Positions 18,677 to 26,825 of a stretch of 64,000 nucleotides of DNA are shown piece after piece (position 1 is the stretch's first letter; each line of letters starts with the position of its first letter). The stretch spans positions 1,984,001-2,048,000 of the forward strand of contig CAWGAA010000001.1 of assembly GCA_963820525.1 (NCBI GenBank), given 5' to 3'. The notes under the pieces were generated by a model. It was given only the letters and a program-made list of their open reading frames with translations. It made no database searches and was not told the DNA's origin. The translations under genes and the position numbers were made by a program. This stretch comes from an uncultured Spirochaetota bacterium (lineage in GTDB: Bacteria > Spirochaetota > Spirochaetia > SZUA-6 > Fen-1364).

Positions 18677-19417
18677 ATGCCGGGATTCGATTTCTTTCGC
18701 AGGAGAACCAGGGGCTACGTGCCCAAGACCCCCGGCGCCGCCCTGCGGGCCGTGGGCTCGGGGGCCGCGTCCCCCGAGCACTTCATCTGGGAGAGCTGCT
18801 CATCCAAGCCCTTGGACGAGGAGCCGTTCGATCTCGATGCCATCGAGCGGACACTCTCCCGCCCTGACCTCGGCGTAGAGACCGCCAGGCTGCTCAAGGA
18901 GATCTTCGAGAAGATGATAGGCAGCAAGGAGCCCGAGACTGCCCTCTTCGGCGCCGAGGGGATCAACACGCTGGAGGGACGATGCGTCTCCAGCATCGAG
19001 GCGCTGAAAAGGAAGCTGTCGCTCCAGGAGAACGCGGCGCTCTGGCGCGCTCTGGCGCTCGCGTACTTCGCGCTGGCGGAGCTCCACGTGAAGGCCCGGC
19101 TGATCAGGGCCTTCTACCTGAAGGAAGCGCACGCGGCGCTTACGAAGTCCATCGCCATGCAGGGGGCCCTCGATAACGAATCCCTCGCCCTGGCGGTCGA
19201 CATCCTCGTCGGGCTCGGCCTTCACGATCAGGCCGCCCGAATGCTGGAGGGCGCCTCAGGGAAGGCGGATCCGTTCGTGACACTCCTTTCGGCGCGGGTG
19301 GCCTTCCATCGCGGGGAGTACGGGAAGGTGATCGGCCTGTGCCGCGCCCTGGCGCCGCACAGCAAAGAGCTTCGCGACGCGGACAGGCGCGTCATCGATT
19401 TCTGGACGGGGCGCTGA
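18677..19417 (+). CDS. pelE: PelE-like TPR protein (no N-terminal TM helices)
   Basis: ETALFGAEGINTLE motif, helical TPR-like repeats, C-terminal FW, and position between pelD and pelF. Confidence 0.6.
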   Translation: MPGFDFFRRRTRGYVPKTPGAALRAVGSGAASPEHFIWESCSSKPLDEEPFDLDAIERTLSRPDLGVETARLLKEIFEKMIGSKEPETALFGAEGINTLEGRCVSSIEALKRKLSLQENAALWRALALAYFALAELHVKARLIRAFYLKEAHAALTKSIAMQGALDNESLALAVDILVGLGLHDQAARMLEGASGKADPFVTLLSARVAFHRGEYGKVIGLCRALAPHSKELRDADRRVIDFWTGR

Positions 19418-19418
19418 C

Positions 19419-20840
19419 ATGAAGCGCATCACCGTCTGCCTCATCCTGGAGGGCTCCTACCCCTACATCACCGGCGGGGTCTCGGCGTGGGTGCAGGAGC
19501 TGATCGGCGCTCTCCCCCAGATCGATTTCACCCTCTATACCTTCTCTCCCAAGAGCGGCCAGGAGATCCGCTACGCTTTCCCTCCCAACGTGATCGGACA
19601 CAGAGATATCGTGATCGGACAGCGGAGGAGATCCCGCGGGAGGGCGCGGGGAAAGAGGGAGCTTCTGGCTGAAATCCAGGCCCTGCACTCCGCCCTCGCC
19701 TCCGGCTCCGCCCCCGCCTTGAACGAGATCCTCGCCCGCGCGCCCGAAGGCTATTTCCTCTATAACGAGGCCGTCGCGAGCGAGGAGGGCTGGGAGATGA
19801 TCGTGACCGCCAACCAGGAGCACAATCCCATCTACCCCTTCTCCGATTACTTCTGGTCATGGAAGTCGGCCCACGACCTGGTTTTCACCGTGCTGGGCGA
19901 TTCCCCTCCCCCCGCAGACATCTACCACGCCGTCTCGACGGGGTACGCGGGCCTCGCCGCCATGGCGGCCAAGGGCCGGACGGGAAGGCCCTTCCTCCTC
20001 ACCGAGCATGGGCTGTACCACAAGGAGCGCGAGATGGAGATAAAGCGGGCGGCATTCGTTCGCGGCTACCAGCGCGATCTGTGGATCGGGATGTTCAACG
20101 GGCTCTCCCGGATGTGCTACCGCTCGGCGGACCTCGTCATTTCACTCTTCGAGTACAACCGCCGGCGTCAGATGGACCTGGGGGCCGAAGCGGACAAGGC
20201 CATCGTGGTGCCCAACGGCATCGACATCGCGCGCTTCAGCTCCGTGATACGAAAAAAGAGGGGGGGCTTCCACGTCGGGTTCGTGGGGAGGGTGGTGCCG
20301 ATCAAGGACGTGAAGACTTTCATCCTCATGGCCAAGATCGTTTCAGAGGCGCTTCCCGAGGCGCGCTTCTGGTGCATCGGCCCCACCGACGAGGACCCCG
20401 CCTACTACGAGGACTGCCGGGCCCTCGTGGAGACCCTCCGCTTGGGCGGGCAATTCAGCTTCACGGGGAAGCAGGACGTGCGCTCGTACTACGAGTTTCT
20501 CGACGTGCTGGTGCTCTCCAGCATCCGCGAGGCGCAGCCCCTGGTCATCCTGGAGGCGTTCACGGCGGGGCTTCCCGTGGTCTCCACCACGGTGGGAAAC
20601 GTCGCCGAGCTCCTGGACTACGACGAGCGGTTCCTCGCCCCCTCGAAGGACGCGGAGAAGCTGGCGCGGGCGGTGCGCTTCGTGCACGGCCACCCCGACG
20701 AGATGGAAAGGATCGCGGCGGCGAACAAGGAGAAGGCGGGGCGCTTCTACGACAAGGCCGACGTCTTTCGACGCTACGGGGAGATCTACGGGAAGCTCGT
20801 GGAAAGCGACAGGGCATGGCGGGAATCGGCTTCGAGCTGA
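19419..20840 (+). CDS. pelF: GT4 glycosyltransferase PelF
   Basis: CLILEGSYPYITGGVSAWV, HAVSTGYAG, LTEHG.Y..ER, GRVVPIKDVKTF, EDP.Y..C and S.REAQPLVILEA motifs. Confidence 0.93.
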   Translation: MKRITVCLILEGSYPYITGGVSAWVQELIGALPQIDFTLYTFSPKSGQEIRYAFPPNVIGHRDIVIGQRRRSRGRARGKRELLAEIQALHSALASGSAPALNEILARAPEGYFLYNEAVASEEGWEMIVTANQEHNPIYPFSDYFWSWKSAHDLVFTVLGDSPPPADIYHAVSTGYAGLAAMAAKGRTGRPFLLTEHGLYHKEREMEIKRAAFVRGYQRDLWIGMFNGLSRMCYRSADLVISLFEYNRRRQMDLGAEADKAIVVPNGIDIARFSSVIRKKRGGFHVGFVGRVVPIKDVKTFILMAKIVSEALPEARFWCIGPTDEDPAYYEDCRALVETLRLGGQFSFTGKQDVRSYYEFLDVLVLSSIREAQPLVILEAFTAGLPVVSTTVGNVAELLDYDERFLAPSKDAEKLARAVRFVHGHPDEMERIAAANKEKAGRFYDKADVFRRYGEIYGKLVESDRAWRESASS

Positions 20841-22309
20841 AGAAGGCCCTCCAGCGCGGAGGGATCGGGCGGTTCGTCACGGTGAGCCTGGCCGGCACCG
20901 CGATCGTCGCGGGGCCGTGGCTCCTCTCCGTGCTGGGGATATTCCTCATCCAGCGCTTCGCCTCCGCCCTTCTGGCGCAGGCAGCCGCCCTGTTCATGGC
21001 CGTCATCATCTACTCCTACGCTTTCTCCCTCATCGCCTCCAGCGGCTTCGCCTACGTGTTCACCCGCTGGGTCTCGGACCTCATCTACGAGGAGAAGAGG
21101 CGTGAAGCGGGGGGAGCGCTCCTGGCCTATCTGATCCTCGTGGTTGCCGGCGCCGCGGCCCTCGGCCTGGCGGGGGCCCTGCCGCTTTCCCTGGCGGGGG
21201 TCGTGGCGCACCCCCGGCTCTTTGCCGCTTCCGCGGTCCTGCTTTTCGTCGCCATCAATGCGAGCTGGGTCCTCATCTCCTTCGTCTCGCTTTTGCGGCG
21301 GTACCTGGGGATCCTCCTGGTGTACATCGGCGGCTCCCTCGGCTCCTTCATCGGCGTCGTGCTCCTGGGCCGCGCCTTCGCGGCCGCCGGCGCCCTGCTG
21401 GGCTACGCCCTCGGCCAGTGCCTCACGGCCGCTGCGCTCTACGCAATGACCCTGGGACGCTTTCGCCCCATGAGCCTCCCCTTTTCCGGCATCGCAGCGT
21501 ACCTCCGCCGGTACCGCTTCCTGTTCTTCTCCGGCATGCTCTATGCCTGGGCAACCTGGGTGGACAAGGTCGTTTTCTGGCTTGCCTTCGGCACCAGGGT
21601 CCCCGGGGGGTGGCTCTCCATATTCGACCCCTATGACGCGCCTGTATTCTTCGCCGTGCTCACCCTGATCCCCGCTCTCATCTACTTCACCATAGAGGCG
21701 GAGACGACCTTCTACCCGCGCCTCCGCGACTTCCTCAAAAACCTCACCACCGGGCCGTACAAGAAGATCCAGGAGAAGAAGTACGCGATGATCCGCTCGA
21801 TGAACAGCGGCCTGAGGGAGCAGGCTCTCCTCCAGGGGATCTCCACCGCCGTCGGGCTTCTGCTGGCGCCCATCATCGCCGCACGGGTGCTCGGCGGGCA
21901 GGCATCCGTGCCGATCCTCCGCCTCACCCTGGGCGCCGTCTTCTTCCACTCCCTCTTTCTCACACTCATGATCTTTCTCTTCTACCTGGAGCTGTACGCG
22001 CGGGCCTTTGCGGCGACCCTCGCCTTCTTCGCGGTGAATCTGCTGGCCAGCCTGCTTCTTGCGCTCACGGGGGCAAGCGGACTCGCCGGCGCGAGCTACC
22101 TGGCGGGGGGCATCGCCGGCTGTATCGTCGCGGGCATCCTGTTGTCGCGCTCCGCGTCACGGATAGACCGGACGCTCTTCTCCCGGGCCGCGAGGAGCGG
22201 TGGGGTTGTCAAGGTGGAGACGGTCAGCGAGAGACGGGGCCGGGATACGGCGCGGCGACGTCCGGAACGGAAGGCCCAAGGGGCACGGGGTCGGGGAACC
22301 TCCCCATGA
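20816..22309 (+). CDS. pelG: Pel exopolysaccharide transporter PelG
   Basis: Signature N-terminus MAGIGFELKK, AGPWL, TRW.SD.IY, W.DK..FW, YD..VF.A.L...P and ET.FY motifs, about 12 TM helices. Confidence 0.93.
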   Translation: MAGIGFELKKALQRGGIGRFVTVSLAGTAIVAGPWLLSVLGIFLIQRFASALLAQAAALFMAVIIYSYAFSLIASSGFAYVFTRWVSDLIYEEKRREAGGALLAYLILVVAGAAALGLAGALPLSLAGVVAHPRLFAASAVLLFVAINASWVLISFVSLLRRYLGILLVYIGGSLGSFIGVVLLGRAFAAAGALLGYALGQCLTAAALYAMTLGRFRPMSLPFSGIAAYLRRYRFLFFSGMLYAWATWVDKVVFWLAFGTRVPGGWLSIFDPYDAPVFFAVLTLIPALIYFTIEAETTFYPRLRDFLKNLTTGPYKKIQEKKYAMIRSMNSGLREQALLQGISTAVGLLLAPIIAARVLGGQASVPILRLTLGAVFFHSLFLTLMIFLFYLELYARAFAATLAFFAVNLLASLLLALTGASGLAGASYLAGGIAGCIVAGILLSRSASRIDRTLFSRAARSGGVVKVETVSERRGRDTARRRPERKAQGARGRGTSP

Positions 22310-23060
22310 GGTACCGATACCGCTCGCTCATCTGGTGGCTTCGCTGGAATGTGCTCACGTTGTAGCGCAGGGGATTGGGAAGAATCGTGACCAGCCGGCG
22401 CTGCTCGTCGAGGGAAAGACCCGACGGCTTGGACTTGTAGTAGTAGGAAGAGGCCGCACCGATCCCGTACACGCCCCGGCCCCACTCGATATAGTTGAGA
22501 TACAGCTCCAGGAGCCTCTCCTTTTTCAAGAGCAGGTCCATCTCCACGGCGATGAGGGCTTCGACGTACTTGCGAAGATATGTCTTTCTGGGCGTGAGGA
22601 AGAGGGTGCGGGCGAGCTGCTGCGGGATGGTGCTCCCGCCGTACAGGGTGTAGCCGATCGACCTGTTCACGTTATAGGCGTCCCTGATCGCCGCGAAGTC
22701 GATCCCCGCGTGCGAGTAGAACCTCATATCCTCCACCCTGATGAACATCTCCCGGGCGGAACGCGGCACCTGGCGCAAAGGAACGAAAGCCAGAGGCTTC
22801 GCCTTCTGGTGCGATATGACGCTGCGATAGATCATGAGGGAAGTGACGGGGGGATTGCGGTGGGCAAGCACAAGGCAGGCGGCGAAAACGGCCAGAAAGA
22901 GCGCGACATGACCCGCCACGAGCGCGCCGAGGAGGAACCTGCCGAGCCGGGAGACGGCCAGCAGGAGAAAATCGCCGAGCCGGGAGGCGGAGCCTGTCCC
23001 GAAGCGGCGCAGGACGGCGGCGGCATGGTGGCGGATACTGTCCGGGATGCTTGAGATCAT
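22224..23060 (-). CDS. mtgA: monofunctional peptidoglycan transglycosylase (GT51)
   Basis: EDMRFY.H.G.D, GGSTI.QQLA..LF, RK..E, K.RLLELYLN.IEWG.GVYG..AAS motifs. Start uncertain. Confidence 0.88.
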   Translation of the reverse strand: MISSIPDSIRHHAAAVLRRFGTGSASRLGDFLLLAVSRLGRFLLGALVAGHVALFLAVFAACLVLAHRNPPVTSLMIYRSVISHQKAKPLAFVPLRQVPRSAREMFIRVEDMRFYSHAGIDFAAIRDAYNVNRSIGYTLYGGSTIPQQLARTLFLTPRKTYLRKYVEALIAVEMDLLLKKERLLELYLNYIEWGRGVYGIGAASSYYYKSKPSGLSLDEQRRLVTILPNPLRYNVSTFQRSHQMSERYRYLMGRFPDPVPLGPSVPDVAAPYPGPVSR

Positions 23061-23152
23061 GGTGCGGATTCCGGGGGCACACGGTACGGAGTGCCGCCGG
23101 GAAAGTCAATACGTGCGCGGCAGGGCGCGAGACGGAGCGCTCTCCTTGAGTC

Positions 23153-23181
23153 TTGCGCGCCGGGCAGCGGACGGCTAGGAT
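23153..23181 (+). promoter_or_regulatory. sigma70-type promoter (leaderless) of the rRNA methyltransferase gene
   Basis: TTGCGC-N17-TAGGAT-N6-ATG (23188). Confidence 0.5.
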
Positions 23182-23187
23182 GGGTTG

Positions 23188-24165
23188 ATGCCCGCGGGAA
23201 AGACTTCATCCATCGGGGAAGTGAGGAGGCGGCTTCCCCGCGAGTTCATAGCCCGGCTCTCCGCGGAGCTTCCGCCCAACCTGGCGGACCGGATCCTGCA
23301 CGGCATGGGGGCAGACCGCCCCACCACCCTGAGGGTGAACTCGCTCTCCTGGGATGCCCGCTCCCTCATGCGCTTTTTCAAGGAGAACGCCGTAAAGCAC
23401 CGCCGCGTCTCCTGGTACCCGGACGCCTTCCTCCTGACGGATGCGCGCGAGAGGGACGTGGAGGCATGGGAGCCCTACCGCCAGGGGCGCATCTACATGC
23501 AAAGCCTCTCCAGCTTGATCCCCGCTCTAGCCCTGGAGCCGCGCCCGGGGGAGAGAGTCCTGGACCTGGCGGCGGCGCCGGGGAGCAAGACCACCCAGAT
23601 GGCTGCGCTCATGGCCGGCCGCGGGCTTATCCTGGCCAATGAGGTGAACCCGGTGCGCGCCGAGCGGCTCGCATACAACGTTCGCCTCCAGGGATGCGCG
23701 GCCGTGGAGGTGCGCGTGGGGCGGGGAGAAAAGATCGGGGCCGAGATGCCATGCCGCTTCGACCGCGTTCTCCTGGACGCGCCGTGCAGCGGGGAAGGTC
23801 GGTTCATCGCGGGCCGGCCCGCAACGTCCCGCTTCTGGTCTCCCCGGATCGTGGCCGAAAGCGCGCGTCTCCAGCGGAGGCTCATGGCGAGCGCCGTTGC
23901 AGCCCTGAAGCCCGGCGGGACTCTCCTCTACTCCACCTGCACGCTCAACCGCGAGGAGAACGAGAGAATCATTTCCTGGGCGCTGGAGAGCTTCCCCCTG
24001 GAGACCGAGCGTATCCCCGTGAGCATCCCCGGCGCGCTGGCGGGCCTGGCCGACGGCCTGGATCCCGCGGTGGCCAGGGCACTTCGGATCCTGCCCGACC
24101 GCGAGTTCGAAGGATTCTTCATCTGCCGGATGAAAAAAAGGGTCGATACGGCGGGGGGGCGATGA
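23188..24165 (+). CDS. RsmB/RsmF (NOL1/NOP2/Sun) RNA m5C methyltransferase
   Basis: LRVN, Q..SS, VLDLAAAPGSKT, DRVLLDAPCSGEG, YSTCT...EENE and EGFF motifs. Confidence 0.92.
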   Translation: MPAGKTSSIGEVRRRLPREFIARLSAELPPNLADRILHGMGADRPTTLRVNSLSWDARSLMRFFKENAVKHRRVSWYPDAFLLTDARERDVEAWEPYRQGRIYMQSLSSLIPALALEPRPGERVLDLAAAPGSKTTQMAALMAGRGLILANEVNPVRAERLAYNVRLQGCAAVEVRVGRGEKIGAEMPCRFDRVLLDAPCSGEGRFIAGRPATSRFWSPRIVAESARLQRRLMASAVAALKPGGTLLYSTCTLNREENERIISWALESFPLETERIPVSIPGALAGLADGLDPAVARALRILPDREFEGFFICRMKKRVDTAGGR

Positions 24166-24284
24166 GAACAGCTGCTGGTTTTACATTTATCATTATGGTA
24201 AAATGTCTTGCTTTGAACATCGGCTCGTCAAATCGACGGCACTGCTTGTGCGAAATCGGGTCAACGTAGTAGGATTATTCGGTC

Positions 24285-25475
24285 ATGAAAAGCAACATTT
24301 CGATTCTTCCGGTCGTCATGCGCTCAACTCCGAGGTACGTCATGCCGCTCGCCAAAGCTTTCCTGAGAAAGCTCATGGCAGAAAAGTTCGATTATTACCT
24401 TGGAACGGGACGCAGCAGCAGGCTCGCCCTCGTGACCTTCAAAATCACACCGATCTGCAACCTCTCCTGCAAGATGTGCGGCCAGCGCGGGAAAACAGGC
24501 GTGCTCAAGGGCCAGCGCGCTCTGGAGGAGGCGAAAAAGATCGTCCCCATCGAGCGTTACAGGGCTCTGGTCGAGGAGCTGGCGCCCATGAACCCGATCC
24601 TGTATATCTGGGGCGGAGAGCCCTTCCTGTACCCGGACTTCATGGACCTGGCTGCCTACATGGCCAAGAAGTGCCGTGCCTTCACCGTGAATACAAACGG
24701 CACCTACCTGGCGGACAACGCCGAGCGGATCGTGCGCGATCGGTGGGGAGGCGTCTACGTCTCCCTCGACGGGACGGAGGAGGTCAATGACCCAATCCGC
24801 GGGAGAGGCACCTACAGGCGGGTGGTCGAGGGATTCAAGGCGCTGAACAGGGAAAAGGAGAAGCAGGGAAGCAAGCTGCCCTACCTGGGGCTGGTCACGT
24901 GCGTGAGCAACATGAACTACATGCACCTGGAAGAGCTCATGGAGGAGGCGCGCCAGTTCAAGCTTTCCTGGCAGGTGATCAACCTCGGCACCTATTCCAA
25001 CACCGCCGTTGTGGTCAAGCAGCGCGCGTTCATGCAGGAGACCTTCGGAATCCGCGCCAACTGCCTCGAGGGGTTCACCAACGGCTACAACGAGGGAATC
25101 GACGCGAAGCTCTTCGAGGGGATCCTTACCCGGATCCAGAAGCTCGACTACGGCTACCCCATCCTCTGCGAGCCCGCGCTCAACGCGGACAAGATCGAAA
25201 AGTACTACAGCGATTTCGACGCCGCCCCCCGCAACCGCTGCATCTGCCCCTGGGTGCATGCCGACATCGACTACAACGGGGACGTGCATTTCTGCGTGGA
25301 TTTTCCCGAGTATGTGCTGGGCAACATCAAGGAGGAGAGCTTCCTCACCATCTTCAACAACGACAAGGCCGCCCGCTTCAGGAAAACGCTCCGCGCGGAT
25401 CCCGACGGAATCTTTCCCGGCTGCAGCCGCTGCTATCAGCTCATGCTCCTGGGGCGCAGGAACAGGAGCTTTTAA
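24285..25475 (+). CDS. radical SAM protein with SPASM/twitch domain
   Basis: CNLSCKMC, GGEP, NTNG, SLDG, then C..PW....I..NG.V..C.D and C..C. Confidence 0.9.
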   Translation: MKSNISILPVVMRSTPRYVMPLAKAFLRKLMAEKFDYYLGTGRSSRLALVTFKITPICNLSCKMCGQRGKTGVLKGQRALEEAKKIVPIERYRALVEELAPMNPILYIWGGEPFLYPDFMDLAAYMAKKCRAFTVNTNGTYLADNAERIVRDRWGGVYVSLDGTEEVNDPIRGRGTYRRVVEGFKALNREKEKQGSKLPYLGLVTCVSNMNYMHLEELMEEARQFKLSWQVINLGTYSNTAVVVKQRAFMQETFGIRANCLEGFTNGYNEGIDAKLFEGILTRIQKLDYGYPILCEPALNADKIEKYYSDFDAAPRNRCICPWVHADIDYNGDVHFCVDFPEYVLGNIKEESFLTIFNNDKAARFRKTLRADPDGIFPGCSRCYQLMLLGRRNRSF

Positions 25476-25511
25476 GGGCCGCGCATTATTCGGCCGTCCG
25501 GCGGAGCGTTT

Positions 25512-26720
25512 TCAGGAAATCTTTTTCAGCTCGGACAACCGCTCATCTATCGCCCTCTCGTACACGGCGAGGAGCATCTCCGTGGTCTTTTCCAGCGTCC
25601 ACCGCCGCGAAACGGCTCGGGCCCGCTCCCCGGCGGCCTTCCTTGCATGCTCGTCACGAAGGTAGTAAAGCACCCTGTCCGTAAAGGCCGCGATGTCCTC
25701 TTCGACGAGCGAGCCCCCCTCTCCATCGGTCAACACTTCCTCGGTGGCGGTGGCCCGCAGGGCCACCACGGGGGTGCCGCAGGTCATCGCTTCCACCAGG
25801 ACGAGGCCCTGGGTCTCGGTCTTCGAGGAGAAGACAAAGAGGTCTGATGCCCCATAGATGTAGGCGAGCTTCTTCCTGTCGAGGTAGCCGGGGAACAGGA
25901 CATTGCCGCCAAGCCCCTGCGCCGCGGCTTTCCGTTCGAGGCCGGCCCGATACGGGCCGTCCCCGGCCATGAGGAGCAGCGCCTTGGGGACGGTGCGGAT
26001 AACGCGGCCCAGGCACTCCAGAAGGAAATCGATGTTCTTCTCGTGGGCTATGCGCCCCACGTACAGGAGAAGCCGTCTGCCGGCCAGTTGCGGCATGACT
26101 CTCCTGAAATAGGCGGCCTGCTCGGCGCGCTCGGCGGGGCTCATGGTGAACTCTTCGGGATCCACGCCGTTGGGGATCACCTCGATCGGCGTCTCCACGC
26201 CATAGGTGAGGAGATGGCGCTTGAGAAACTGCGAAGGAACCGTGAGGCGGTCCACCAGCCTGTAATCGCTTCGCGACCACGTTCTGGCGATGAGCTTCGC
26301 GGCCGCCGGCAGGAGGAAGGGGAAGTAGGCCTGGATGTAGTGCTCCCAATACGTATGGCATGTCATGACATGGGGCACCCCGGACCGCCTGCAATAGCTC
26401 TTCCCCCCGAAGCCGATGGTGAACTCCGAGTGGGCGTGAACGACATCCGGCTTCAAATCTTCCAGCAGGCGGGTGATCCTCCACCGGGCCGCGGGATATC
26501 CCAATCGATCCTCCGGGGAGAAGGGCAGGCTGAACGCGGGGAAGCGGATGATCCTTTCGTCGTCCGGCGGGGAGGCGTCGCCCTCGGGTCGCGGATACAG
26601 CGGCGCGAGGACGATGACCTCATGGCCCAGTTTCGTGAGGGCTCGCCGGAAGCCCTCGACAGCAACGGTCACCCCGTTGATCCGGGGCCAGTATGTGTCG
26701 GTGGTCATCACGATTCTCAT
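25512..26720 (-). CDS. GT4 glycosyltransferase, 1,2-diacylglycerol glycosyltransferase (glycolipid synthase)-like
   Basis: MRI.MTTDTY.P.INGV, H.EF.IG, HTYWE.Y..Y, GR.A.EKN and F.SKTETQGLVL.EA motifs, typical of the MGS/UGDG-like subfamily. Confidence 0.85.
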   Translation of the reverse strand: MRIVMTTDTYWPRINGVTVAVEGFRRALTKLGHEVIVLAPLYPRPEGDASPPDDERIIRFPAFSLPFSPEDRLGYPAARWRITRLLEDLKPDVVHAHSEFTIGFGGKSYCRRSGVPHVMTCHTYWEHYIQAYFPFLLPAAAKLIARTWSRSDYRLVDRLTVPSQFLKRHLLTYGVETPIEVIPNGVDPEEFTMSPAERAEQAAYFRRVMPQLAGRRLLLYVGRIAHEKNIDFLLECLGRVIRTVPKALLLMAGDGPYRAGLERKAAAQGLGGNVLFPGYLDRKKLAYIYGASDLFVFSSKTETQGLVLVEAMTCGTPVVALRATATEEVLTDGEGGSLVEEDIAAFTDRVLYYLRDEHARKAAGERARAVSRRWTLEKTTEMLLAVYERAIDERLSELKKIS

Positions 26721-26825
26721 GCGAACCCCAGCTCCTCCCGTCGACGATACCCCTTTTCCCGACGGAACGGCAACGCCTCTCCCCCTACCCCGAAACCCTT
26801 CAATTTGATATATAATGCACCGATT

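Noticed and set aside
19859..20815. Apparent 319-aa N-terminal extension of PelG
   Set aside because: It overlaps pelF in another frame. The PelG signature MAGIGF starts at 20816.
24285..25475. RiPP maturase cluster
   Set aside because: No precursor peptide, RRE/PqqD domain, peptidase or exporter lies next to the radical SAM gene.
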